From NCBI GenBank assembly GCA_963808235.1, contig CAWEEQ010000004.1, positions 1,280,001 through 1,344,000 on the forward strand: a DNA stretch of 64,000 nt, given 5' to 3'. The translations under genes and the position numbers were made by a program. Below, piece after piece: positions 28,758-38,020 of this stretch. This stretch comes from an uncultured delta proteobacterium (lineage in GTDB: Bacteria > Desulfobacterota > Binatia > Binatales > Binataceae). A model generated the notes under the pieces. That model had not been told where the DNA came from and did not search any database. It saw only the letters and a program-made list of their open reading frames with translations. The first letter of the stretch is position 1, and every line of letters starts with the position of its first letter.

Positions 28758-29430
28758 CTCCAGACGCAATCGGGCGGCTCTGGCGCGCGCTCGATCCGCG
28801 ACGCGAACGCGTCGCAGCGCGCTGGAGAGTCGAGCTGCGATCCTGGAGGCCGCCGAGCGCCGTCTCCTCAATGGAGGTCCGGAGGCGATTCGGCTTCAGG
28901 AAATTGCCGCCGACGCGGGCATCTCGCATCCCGCGATACTGCATCATTTTGGCAGCCGCGAGGGCCTGGTCGAAGCGATGATCTTGAACGGCATCAACAG
29001 GCTTCAAGCGCAATTTATCGAGGGATGGCCGAGCGCGAAGGAACCGGATATCGAGGGCGTCCTCGAGCGGTTTTACGAGGTGACGGCGAATCGCGGGATC
29101 GCGCGTTTGCTCGCCTGGCTGATTCTTTCCGGACATGGACATCGGACGATGAAACCGGGTGTGTTCAAGCCGGCGGCGCAGAGAATGCATGCCGGCCGGG
29201 TGCGCAGAGCGCAGAAGGAGGGACGACGGTCTCCGGAATTGGAGGAGACGCTGTTCGCCGCGACGCATCTTTTTATTCTCGTGCTCGGCGACTCGTTGTT
29301 TGGTCCGAGCGTGCGACGAGCGATGGGTCTCGGCTCGGGCGCGGACAGCACGCGGCGATTTCGGCGCTGGCTGGGGAGAGTTGTGGAGCGGATGGGATCG
29401 GGGCGGTCGGGGGCGGCGCGTGGTACCTAA
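28723..29430 (+). CDS. TetR/AcrR family regulator
   Basis: AILEAAERRL...IRLQEIAADAGISHPAILHHFGSREGL. Confidence 0.9.
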   Translation: MRARLRKSSGISSRRNRAALARARSATRTRRSALESRAAILEAAERRLLNGGPEAIRLQEIAADAGISHPAILHHFGSREGLVEAMILNGINRLQAQFIEGWPSAKEPDIEGVLERFYEVTANRGIARLLAWLILSGHGHRTMKPGVFKPAAQRMHAGRVRRAQKEGRRSPELEETLFAATHLFILVLGDSLFGPSVRRAMGLGSGADSTRRFRRWLGRVVERMGSGRSGAARGT

Positions 29431-29436
29431 GTCCAA

Positions 29437-29598
29437 AGCGGGAGCGTAGGAATCTTAGTCTCGCCTGCGCGGCTGGCGGCAGGGGTGACCCCTGCCCCCG
29501 GTATTAAGAAAGAGCGAAATGCCGCAACGGCATTTCGCGGGAGTTTTGTGGGAAGATCTTTCGGATTTTGAAACCTTTGAAAGGTTTCACGTTCCCAC
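29437..29598 (+). repeat. Single arm of the paired repeat family
   Basis: GAATCTTAGTCTCGCCTGCGCGGCTGGCGGCAGGGGTGACCCCTGC...GCGAAATGCCGC...TGAAACCTTTGAAAGGTTTCAC. Confidence 0.8.
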
Positions 29599-29669
29599 GG
29601 GGGTCACTCGGAGGTTGCCATCTTTGCGTTTGTGCGGTCCGATTGGCGGGCCGTCTCGGAATTTGGACG

Positions 29670-29719
29670 CTCACCCGCGCCGCGAAGACGCGCCGCGGCC
29701 TCTCCCTGACAGGGAGAGG
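29670..29719. repeat. REP-like repeat ending in CCTCTCCC-N-GGGAGAGG, copy 2
   Basis: CTCACCCGCGCC...GCCTCTCCCTGACAGGGAGAGG. Confidence 0.55.
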
Positions 29720-29734
29720 CTATCTGTAGAGGTG

Positions 29735-29983
29735 CTAGAGGCCGGGTTTTTCTCCGTCGTGGGCGTGGCCGATTGCTTTTCGCAGGCGGCTGTCCAGTTT
29801 GCGGCAGTTCAGGATTACTTTTTCCGAATGCACTGACTCGACTGCGTCGATCGGGACGGTGAAGTCGCCGGCGTTCTCGACGTAGATTACGAGTTCATGC
29901 GGAGAGACTTTGCGGACTGCGCCGAATTCCTCGCCACCATCGGAGGCGAAAGCCTGAAAGCCTACTTCGATTTTTTCCTGCAT
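29735..29983 (-). CDS. Small hypothetical protein (PRC-barrel-like)
   Basis: 82 aa, GGAGA SD, ASDGGEEFGAV...YVENAGDF; host-like codon usage. Confidence 0.65.
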   Translation of the reverse strand: MQEKIEVGFQAFASDGGEEFGAVRKVSPHELVIYVENAGDFTVPIDAVESVHSEKVILNCRKLDSRLRKAIGHAHDGEKPGL

Positions 29984-30016
29984 TGTGATTTCTCCGGTCG
30001 GAGCGTGGGTGTTTTT

Positions 30017-30853
30017 TTATGATACACGGTCTCGCGCGGTGATGCTCGCGAGGTGAATGAAGCTGATCGTCGCGAGCGCGGTGAAGATGACCGCTTGTGC
30101 CGCGTGGATCCAGAAGAGCGCGTCGGTGCCGCCGTCATTAATCAGTCGGCGAGTTGTGTCATGCGGAAAAACCAGGACGAAGAAAGTGAGCAGACCTACT
30201 ATATGGATCGCCAGGCCGGGGAGAATCGATTTGGTAAGGTAAGCGGTGACACTGAGCATCGCGCCGGTCAGGAAATAAAAAATCAGCTTGGGCCACATTG
30301 GAGAGTGCATCGGAGGATGGGGCAGAATCGCGAACACGATGGCGGTGAGAACTATGGCGACAACTCCGGTGCACTCGCGCTCGAGCATCGACTGGCAGTA
30401 GCCCCAGATGCCAGCTTGCTCGAGGATCGGGGAGACGAGCGAGCCCGTCACGACCATCAGGGCGACGGTGAAGCGTGGGTAGGCGGACATGTCGGGCAGC
30501 ACGCTGGACGGGACGCGCACAATTTGCGACATCACTATCCAGCAGGCGGACAAGGCGATTAGCGCGAGCGCGCCGGAGAGTATGGCCCAGGTGAAGACCT
30601 CGCGGGGCACTGGCGTGGCGCGGAGACTGCGGCGTCGTGAGTCCGAGGTGCGCGACGGCCACCATCGCCCACCCAGGTATTGCCAGATGATCCAGAGGAG
30701 AACGATCATCGTCGCGACGGACCATGGGATCGAGGGGGTCGTCTTGAGATTGACGACCAGGATCGCAGACCAGATGGCCTGGCCGAACAGGGCGATGAAG
30801 ATGCCGAGGATAGCGGCCCGGGCGACCAGCAGCACTCGGCTTATGAGCGACAT
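30017..30853 (-). CDS. CPBP (CAAX protease-like) intramembrane protein
   Basis: Multi-TM; SPILEQAGIWGY (degenerate EExxxR), FAILPH, SILPGLAIH. Confidence 0.75.
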   Translation of the reverse strand: MSLISRVLLVARAAILGIFIALFGQAIWSAILVVNLKTTPSIPWSVATMIVLLWIIWQYLGGRWWPSRTSDSRRRSLRATPVPREVFTWAILSGALALIALSACWIVMSQIVRVPSSVLPDMSAYPRFTVALMVVTGSLVSPILEQAGIWGYCQSMLERECTGVVAIVLTAIVFAILPHPPMHSPMWPKLIFYFLTGAMLSVTAYLTKSILPGLAIHIVGLLTFFVLVFPHDTTRRLINDGGTDALFWIHAAQAVIFTALATISFIHLASITARDRVS

Positions 30854-30904
30854 GCGGGACCGATGATAGACGCGTTACCGGCGTAGTGTCTGTAGGAAAA
30901 GTCG

Positions 30905-31705
30905 ATGCTGAAAGTTCGCTCATACGGAAGTTCGGGACCGCAGGTGATCGTTCTGCACGGAGGCCCGGGGGCGTGCGGATCGATGGCTCAGGTGGCGCGA
31001 GGGATTGCCGATTCGTTCCGGGTGCTCGAGCCGTTTCAGAGCGGGACCGCGATGACCGTTGCCGAGCACGTCGCGGATCTGCGCGAGATTGTCGAATCGT
31101 GCGAGGACACTGTCGCGCCGGCGATTGTGGGACATTCGTGGGGCGCAATGCTCGCGCTCGCCTTTGCGGCGGCGCATCCAGACATGGTGGGACCGATCGT
31201 GCTGGTATGCAGCGGCACGTTCGATTTGCCCTCGCGCGAGCGGCTTGGCGCGAACATGAATAAGCGGATGGACGCCGAGATGAGGCGAAAGTTAGATCGC
31301 TTGAAGCAGCTGCCCGATCCTAACGAACGATTCCGCGCATTGGGCGAATTCACGATGGAGCTTTATTCGTACGATCTCGCAACCAAGGATCAGGAGATCG
31401 ATGAGTCCGAGCTGGGCTCGAATAGCGAGACATGGGACGACATGGTGCGGCTGCAAGGTGAGGGCGTGTATCCACTGGCGTTCGCGGCGATCAAATCGCC
31501 GGTGCTGATGTTGCATGGGGCGGTGGATCCTCATCCGGGGAAAATGATCAGGGCGAGCCTAGCGCCGTATATCCCGCAGCTCGAATATCGCGAGTGGGAA
31601 CGATGTGGGCATTATCCGTGGCTGGAGAAGGCGACTCGCGAGGAGTTCTTTGCGGTGCTGCGCAAGTGGCTCCTGGAGCGGCTGCGAGCAAACCTAACCG
31701 TGTGA
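30905..31705 (+). CDS. Alpha/beta hydrolase (proline iminopeptidase-like)
   Basis: LHGGPG, GHSWG, HGAVD, CGHYPWLE. Confidence 0.88.
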   Translation: MLKVRSYGSSGPQVIVLHGGPGACGSMAQVARGIADSFRVLEPFQSGTAMTVAEHVADLREIVESCEDTVAPAIVGHSWGAMLALAFAAAHPDMVGPIVLVCSGTFDLPSRERLGANMNKRMDAEMRRKLDRLKQLPDPNERFRALGEFTMELYSYDLATKDQEIDESELGSNSETWDDMVRLQGEGVYPLAFAAIKSPVLMLHGAVDPHPGKMIRASLAPYIPQLEYREWERCGHYPWLEKATREEFFAVLRKWLLERLRANLTV

Positions 31706-31850
31706 GCAGGAGCACAAGAGTCGTAGTCTCGCCTGCGCGGCTGGCGGCAGGGGTGACCCCTGCACCCGGTATCTACACGGAGCGAAATGCCGCGGCGGCA
31801 TTTCGCGATTATTTACTGTGGGAAGCGTGAAACCTTTCAAAGGTTTCACA
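31699..31850 (+). repeat. Single arm of the paired repeat family
   Basis: Matches the reverse complement of 20036-20106 and carries the same three hairpin modules. Confidence 0.8.
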
Positions 31851-31893
31851 GATTAACTTTGGTGCCCTTCCTCTCTACCTAACCCTTCGGTTT

Positions 31894-32346
31894 TTACTTC
31901 GCCCAGCCTTTTTCGTACGGGGCCGACATCGTGCCGATTGCGCGCAGGTGCTGGAATTTCCATTCGCCGTTTAGTTTCACGTAATCGTCTTCGTAGCGGG
32001 CGGCGAGCCACATCGCGCGGTTGCCGTTGCGCATCGTGAACGGGCCGAGAAAGTACCAGATGCCCTTGGCGCGATTGCCGTCGACCACGATGTCGGGATT
32101 CATCACGTTGTGCTGCGAGAAGCTGATCCGATGCTGGAAGTCCTGGAACAGCTTGCGAATCGCGTCATGGCCCTGATGCGTCCCGACGCCGGCGCCTTCC
32201 CAGATTCCGTCGGGAGCGAACAGCGTGGTGATCTTTTCGGGATTGTGATTGTCGTCGCAGACGGCGCAGTAGCGAGCCTTGAGTTTCTTGATTGCCTCGA
32301 TGTCCTCGAGAATCGTGATGCGTTTTTCGAGTTCGCCGATGTCCAT
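31894..32346 (-). CDS. SnoaL-like/NTF2 family protein
   Basis: LEDIEAIKKLKARYC, HNVMNPDIVVDG, RYEDDYVK..GEWKF. Confidence 0.88.
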   Translation of the reverse strand: MDIGELEKRITILEDIEAIKKLKARYCAVCDDNHNPEKITTLFAPDGIWEGAGVGTHQGHDAIRKLFQDFQHRISFSQHNVMNPDIVVDGNRAKGIWYFLGPFTMRNGNRAMWLAARYEDDYVKLNGEWKFQHLRAIGTMSAPYEKGWAK

Positions 32347-32358
32347 AGATAGACCTCC

Positions 32359-32628
32359 TCAGGTGCCGAATCTTTGCAGGCCGCGGGCCTTCGCCTTTGC
32401 GGCTTCCTCTTCGCGATTGCGCGACGGTGCGTTGGTTTCGAGCGAGCGGAGGAGGCGAGTCGCAGCGCCGGCTATTTCATCGATCGCGGCCATGAAGGGG
32501 GCTTCGTTGGCCTTCGACGGTTTGTTGAAACCGCTTATTTTTCGGACGAACTGGAGCGAGGCGGCGCGAACCTCGTCGTCGGTGACTGGCGGATCAAAAT
32601 TGAAAAGGATTTTGATATTTCGGCACAT
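32359..32628 (-). CDS. DUF2277 domain protein
   Basis: MCRNIKILFNFDPPVTDDEVRAASLQFVRKISG signature. Confidence 0.88.
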   Translation of the reverse strand: MCRNIKILFNFDPPVTDDEVRAASLQFVRKISGFNKPSKANEAPFMAAIDEIAGAATRLLRSLETNAPSRNREEEAAKAKARGLQRFGT

Positions 32629-32782
32629 CGCGGGTGACCTCAAAATCTTGAGAATTCTCTAACTGTTAACTGTTACCAAAAAACTTTAGTCGGCTTTCAG
32701 GCAGTCGAGAAGAGCTGGTCACTGGTCACATCGTTGGAAGCCGGACGATTGCCGACCAGCACGACCTGTGTAAGATGCGGCT

Positions 32783-33724
32783 ATGAACGACGAAGTGACT
32801 AAAAGTTCACCGTGGGACGTGTTCATCAATCTGCTTGCGGTGATCGCGCTTTATGTCAGCGTCTATAGCGCGATCAGCCTGCTTTTTCAGTTCACCAATC
32901 TTGCACTGCCCGAACCTGCCGACCAGCGAACGGCCATCCGCGAGGCGATTCGCTATGGCGTGTCGATGTTGATCATATTTTTCCCAGTCTATTGGTGGGC
33001 GTGGAGCTCGATCGAAGCCGACCTCGCGGTGAACCCGGGGAAACGGCGACTGTGGGTGCGCACAGTTCCCATCTACCTGACACTGTTTCTTGCTGGAATG
33101 ACCGCGCTCGAAGATTTGGCTTACCTGTTCTACTACCTGATGAGCGGCGATCTGACTTCGCGATTGGTGACGAAAATCGCGGCGGTTCTGATCGTGGTCG
33201 GGGGAGTACTCTTCTTTTATCGCGATGCGCTTCGCCGTGAATCCGGTCCATTGCCGGGCGCAACTTGGGCGTTTGCGTATGCTTCAGCGGCATTGGCCGC
33301 GGCGCTCGTAGTCGCCGGATTTGTTATCGCAGGGCCGCCGACTCGTGCGCATCGTGCTCGCCTGGATGCCCTGGATCAGCAGCGGATACGCGATCTCGAT
33401 TCCATACAGCAGAAAATTCTCACCTACTGGGACGACAAGGGCGAACTTCCGGATTCGATCGATCAGTTGAGTAAGGACATGGTCGGCTATTCGCCGCCGC
33501 GAGATCCCGCGAGTGGCGACTCTTACACCTATTTCAAGACGGTCGACGCGTCGTTCGAACTCTGCACGGATTTCGAGCTGGTGGGCTCGGCCCCGGCGAG
33601 CATGAGCACCTCGCGGCAGACGGATCCAAGTTTTACGTGGCGGCATCTGGAGGGGCACTGGTGCTACAAGTGGACGATCGATCCCGCGCTACACCCTCCG
33701 CACAAGAAATCGCTACGCCCTTGA
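32783..33724 (+). CDS. DUF5671-like membrane protein with pilin-like C-terminal domain
   Basis: DVFINLLAVIALY, IYLTLF, D..RIRDL.SIQ..I..YW...GELP, DPASG..Y.Y, FELCTDF, GHWCY. Confidence 0.65.
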   Translation: MNDEVTKSSPWDVFINLLAVIALYVSVYSAISLLFQFTNLALPEPADQRTAIREAIRYGVSMLIIFFPVYWWAWSSIEADLAVNPGKRRLWVRTVPIYLTLFLAGMTALEDLAYLFYYLMSGDLTSRLVTKIAAVLIVVGGVLFFYRDALRRESGPLPGATWAFAYASAALAAALVVAGFVIAGPPTRAHRARLDALDQQRIRDLDSIQQKILTYWDDKGELPDSIDQLSKDMVGYSPPRDPASGDSYTYFKTVDASFELCTDFELVGSAPASMSTSRQTDPSFTWRHLEGHWCYKWTIDPALHPPHKKSLRP

Positions 33725-33909
33725 GCCGAGCGAGCGATTGAATATTGATCCCGCACGGCCTGATTCGCGGTGCGGGCGCGAGGGTTGACGACTTTGCGCA
33801 CCTGTGGGAAACTCCGGCTAAACGAGAAAGACCGCGCCGCCGCAAGGGCGGCGTTAGTCATTCTGATAGCACCGTCAATTGCACCAATTTTGGATTTCGG
33901 AGGATCTGT

Positions 33910-34353
33910 ATGGCTGAGCAAGCTCAAGCTACTGACACCGGACCGCGTCCGATCGTTCCATGGCTGAAACTCGCGCCCAAGCCCCATCTGGAGGGAATCA
34001 AGTGTGGCGCGTGTGGAGCGATCTACCTGGATCCGAAGCGGGTCGCATGCTCGAAATGCGGCGCGACCGATAAGTTCCAGCCGCTGGCGCTCTCGGACAA
34101 GGGTAAGGTGTACGTCTTCTCGGTCGTGCATCAGTCGTTCCCGGGAATCAAGACGCCGTATGTGACCGCGATCGTCGATCTGCCCGAAGGTGTCAGCGTG
34201 CGCGCGAATCTGATGGACGTCGATCCGGAGCAAGCTCAGAAGGAACCGAACAAGGTCTTCAATCTGCCGGTCGAATTGGTGACCAGCGTCGCGGCCAAGG
34301 ATCGCGAGGGCCACGACGTGGTAGCTTTTTCGTACCGGCCGAGCAAGAATTAG
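33910..34353 (+). CDS. DUF35 Zn-ribbon/OB-fold protein (thiolase partner)
   Basis: KCGACG...ACSKCG, GKVYVFSVVH, PYVTAIVDL. Confidence 0.9.
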   Translation: MAEQAQATDTGPRPIVPWLKLAPKPHLEGIKCGACGAIYLDPKRVACSKCGATDKFQPLALSDKGKVYVFSVVHQSFPGIKTPYVTAIVDLPEGVSVRANLMDVDPEQAQKEPNKVFNLPVELVTSVAAKDREGHDVVAFSYRPSKN

Positions 34354-34473
34354 GCAGAAGGCGCTAGCGCCGTTATAATGAAGAGCGTAATTAATAATTA
34401 AGCCAGCTGCGAACTGTGAACAACTAACTCGACGGACCACGGTACATGGCCGGGCCGCCAGGAGGGTATCGAG

Positions 34474-35634
34474 ATGCGAAATGTTTATGTGCTTGGAACC
34501 GGGATGATCAAGTTCGGACGTTATCCCGAAAAGAGCGTTCCTGAACTTGGCGGACAGGCGGCGATCCTCGCGCTGAAGGACGCCGGAATCGCAATCAAGG
34601 ACGTCGAGATGTTCGCCTGCGGAAATCTCTACCAGTCCAACGCGATGGTCGGGCAGAGAATTCTGCAGCAGATCGGCCAAACCGGAATTCCGGTAATCAA
34701 CGTGTCGAACGCATGTGCGACCGGCTCGACGGCGTTTCGCGAGGCGTACATGTCGGTCGCGTCGGGAATGTATGACATCTCGATGGCGGTGGGCGTCGAG
34801 CAGATGGGCAAGCAGGGATTGCTCGGCGGCACCGGCGGTGGCGACCCGGCGTACTCGACCGAAGGCAAAGTGGGCTCGGGCCTGATGCCGGCGGTGTTCG
34901 GGCAGGCGGGTATCGAGCACATGCGCAAGTACGGAACGAAGCTCGAGCACTTCGCGAAAATCTCGGTGAAGTCGCACAAGCATGCGACCAAAAATCCGTT
35001 CTCGCAGTATCGCAACGAAGTATCGCTCGAAGACGTGATGAATGCGCGCATGGTCGCGTTTCCCAACACGCTCTATATGTGCTGCCCGACCGGAGACGGC
35101 GCGGCGGCGGCGATCCTCGTCAGCGAGGACAAGTTGAAGCAGCTAGCCGGCGGGCGCAAGCGCGCACGCGTGGCGGCCTCGGTGCTCACGTCGGATCCGT
35201 GGACCGATCGCGACTTGACCCTGCCTGACGTCAGCACGCTAACGCGGCGTGCGTCGAAGCAGGCCTACGAGAAAGCCGGAATCGGACCCAAGGATATCGC
35301 GCTTACCGAATTGCATGACTGCTTCGCGACCGCGGAACTAGTCCACTACGAGAACCTCGGACTCTGTGGCGACGGCGAGGCCGGCAAGTTCATCGATTCG
35401 GGCGGCGGCGTGCATCCGAGCCTCGGCGGCCACGATCCGGTCAACGTGTCGGGCGGGCTGCTCTCGAAGGGGCATCCGCTGGGCGCGACCGGCGTCGCGA
35501 ATATCTGCGAGGTGGTCTGGCACCTGACCCAGGACGATCGCGCGAAAGAGCGCCTGGTGCCTAACGCCAAGGCGGGCCAGGCCCACGTAATCGGGCTGGG
35601 TTCCGCCTGCACGATTCATATCCTGACGGTATAA
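34474..35634 (+). CDS. SCP2/SCP-x-type thiolase
   Basis: NACATG, CCPTGDGAAA, ELHDCF, KGHPLGATG. Confidence 0.92.
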   Translation: MRNVYVLGTGMIKFGRYPEKSVPELGGQAAILALKDAGIAIKDVEMFACGNLYQSNAMVGQRILQQIGQTGIPVINVSNACATGSTAFREAYMSVASGMYDISMAVGVEQMGKQGLLGGTGGGDPAYSTEGKVGSGLMPAVFGQAGIEHMRKYGTKLEHFAKISVKSHKHATKNPFSQYRNEVSLEDVMNARMVAFPNTLYMCCPTGDGAAAAILVSEDKLKQLAGGRKRARVAASVLTSDPWTDRDLTLPDVSTLTRRASKQAYEKAGIGPKDIALTELHDCFATAELVHYENLGLCGDGEAGKFIDSGGGVHPSLGGHDPVNVSGGLLSKGHPLGATGVANICEVVWHLTQDDRAKERLVPNAKAGQAHVIGLGSACTIHILTV

Positions 35635-35664
35635 TTCAGGACTCAACGCCTAATCGGCACTTCG

Positions 35665-35700
35665 AAAGAGGGCCGCCCCAAAAGGCGGCCCTTTTTCTTT
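35665..35700 (+). terminator. Rho-independent terminator
   Basis: AGGGCCGCC-CCAAAA-GGCGGCCCT followed by a T-run. Confidence 0.85.
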
Positions 35701-35737
35701 CTCGATCCGGGCCGATAAGATTCGGAATCGGTGAAAG

Positions 35738-36640
35738 ATGATGGCTGAAGAAGAACAATCGGAACTCCGGAAGTCGACTGCGGAAAGGCTCGGCTACGCA
35801 GCCGATGCACGCATGCTGATCATCAATGCCGACGACTTCGGCATGTGCCACGACCAGAACGAAGGCGTGATGCAGGGATTGACGCGCGGGCTGTTCACCT
35901 CGTCGACCATCCTGGTGACTTGCCCGTGGTTCGAGGAGGCGGCCGAGTTTGCGCGGAGCAATCAGCAGGCCGACCTCGGGGTGCATCTGACGCTGACGGC
36001 GGAATGGGATCGTTACAAATGGGGGCCGGTGCTCGGGCGCAACGCGGTTCCGACTCTGTGCAACGCAGCCGGCTATCTTCGGCAGACGGTCGAAGATGTG
36101 TACCAGCACGACAGTCTCGACGAAGTCGAGCTGGAACTGCGCGCGCAGATCGAAAAAGCGCTCGCTGCTGGAATCGACGTGACCCATCTCGATTCGCACA
36201 TGGGGCCGCTGCATCTGCGCGCCGACTATCATGAGATCTACACCCGCCTCGCGAGCGAGTATCGGGTGCCGATCAGGCTCGCATCACGGCGGCGGATGCG
36301 CGCGGAAGGATGGACCGCGGTACTCGATCAGCTCGAGGGGCTTGGAGTCGTCACGCCGGATCATCTCGTCTTCCACGGGCCGCCTTCGGTGGACCAGACC
36401 GAGGGTTACTGGACGAATCTGATTCGCAACTTGAAGCCGGGCGTGACCGAGATCTTGTGTCATCCGGCGCTCGCTCGCGACGAACTGAAGAGCTGTGCGC
36501 GCGACGCGTTCCAGCGCGAAGCCGATTTCCGCTACTTCACCTCGGAGCAAACGCGCAAGTTGATCAAGGATGCGGGAGTCACGCTTACCGGCTTTCGCCA
36601 ACTCCGCGACCTGATGCGCGGCGATTCGGCGGATGGGTGA
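35738..36640 (+). CDS. YdjC/ChbG family carbohydrate deacetylase
   Basis: LIINADDFG, LGVHLTL, THLDSHMG, TEILCHP. Confidence 0.9.
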   Translation: MMAEEEQSELRKSTAERLGYAADARMLIINADDFGMCHDQNEGVMQGLTRGLFTSSTILVTCPWFEEAAEFARSNQQADLGVHLTLTAEWDRYKWGPVLGRNAVPTLCNAAGYLRQTVEDVYQHDSLDEVELELRAQIEKALAAGIDVTHLDSHMGPLHLRADYHEIYTRLASEYRVPIRLASRRRMRAEGWTAVLDQLEGLGVVTPDHLVFHGPPSVDQTEGYWTNLIRNLKPGVTEILCHPALARDELKSCARDAFQREADFRYFTSEQTRKLIKDAGVTLTGFRQLRDLMRGDSADG

Positions 36641-37905
36641 GTGAAAAGTTGGAACTGACGAGGCTAAGAGGGTTTCGAGATATTGTCGGCGCGGAGGCGC
36701 GGGCGATGAGTCTCGTCGAGGACGAGGCGCGCGCGGTAGCACTTCGCTACAACTTCAGCGAGATCAGAATTCCCCTGCTGGAGCGGATTCAACTGTTCGC
36801 GCGCTCCACCGGCGAAACTTCGGATATCGTCGAAAAGCAGATGTACGCATTTGCCGACCGCGACGAGGTCGAGACGATGGTCGCGCTCAGGCCAGAGGGT
36901 ACGCCGAGCGTGGTGCGCGCATACGTGGAGGCCGGCTTCGATCGCAGCGACCCGGAGCAGCGTTTCTTCTACTCGGGTCCGGTGTTCCGGCGCGAGCGCC
37001 CGCAGAAGGGCCGCTACCGGCAGTTCTACCAGTTCGGAGTCGAAGTGTTTGGAAGAGCAGACCCGAGTTGCGACGCGGAGCTGCTGATCATGGTCGCGGA
37101 ATTGTGCGGAAATCTGAAACTCAAAGTCAGATTCGAAATCAATTCGATCGGAGACGCGAACTGCCGGCCGGCGTTTCGCGCCGCGCTCATCGAATGGGGT
37201 AGGGCGCATTGGGACCAGCTCTGCGACGATTGCCACAGCCGGCTAGAGCGCAATCCGCTCCGGCTGCTCGATTGCAAGATTGACGCGAAGCTCGCGGAGT
37301 CGGCGCCGAACAGCCTCGACTATCTCTGTGATCCATGCCGGACGCATTTCGCCACGGTCAAGGAACTGGCCTCGGCAGGCGGAGTGGAGTTTGTCGTCAA
37401 CCCGCGGCTGGTGCGCGGGCTGGACTATTACACTCGCACGGCGTTCGAGGTTATGGCCGACGGACTTGGCGCGCAGAGCACGGTGGTTGGAGGCGGGCGC
37501 TACGACGGACTCGTCGAAATAATGGGCGGCGGCGCGATTGCGGGAATCGGCTTCGGGATCGGCGTCGACCGGATGGTGCTCGCGCTGCAAGCCGCAGGCT
37601 TGGCGCCGTCGACCGCGCCGGACGCCGCGATAATCGCGATGGGGCACGCGGCGACGCGCCAGGCGATCCTGGTCGCACGCGACCTGCGCGCGGCGAATCT
37701 TTCCGTGGAGATGCTGTCGCCTGAGCGTAAGATGAAGGCGCTGCTCGGCCGCGCGTCGAAGATCGGCGCGCGCTTCGCGATTATAATAGGGGAAGACGAA
37801 ATTGCGCGCGGAGTCGTGCAGCTCCGCGACCTGAAGCAGAGCGCACAGCGCGAGGTCGCATTCGCCGACGCGGCTCGCACGATCGCGGACGCGCGCAAGG
37901 AGTGA
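36637..37905 (+). CDS. hisS: Histidine--tRNA ligase
   Basis: LRPEGT, FRRERPQKGRYRQF, LVRGLDYY, GGGRYDGL. Confidence 0.97.
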   Translation: MSEKLELTRLRGFRDIVGAEARAMSLVEDEARAVALRYNFSEIRIPLLERIQLFARSTGETSDIVEKQMYAFADRDEVETMVALRPEGTPSVVRAYVEAGFDRSDPEQRFFYSGPVFRRERPQKGRYRQFYQFGVEVFGRADPSCDAELLIMVAELCGNLKLKVRFEINSIGDANCRPAFRAALIEWGRAHWDQLCDDCHSRLERNPLRLLDCKIDAKLAESAPNSLDYLCDPCRTHFATVKELASAGGVEFVVNPRLVRGLDYYTRTAFEVMADGLGAQSTVVGGGRYDGLVEIMGGGAIAGIGFGIGVDRMVLALQAAGLAPSTAPDAAIIAMGHAATRQAILVARDLRAANLSVEMLSPERKMKALLGRASKIGARFAIIIGEDEIARGVVQLRDLKQSAQREVAFADAARTIADARKE

Positions 37906-38020
37906 GGTACTTCACAGTTTCTTGCACAGTTTCGTGCGCCCTCGGGCACAGGTATTCTCGACCGACAAGTAAGATTTCAATTTTTAACGTTTTAACCTTT
38001 CAACTTTTTAACTGTGATGA

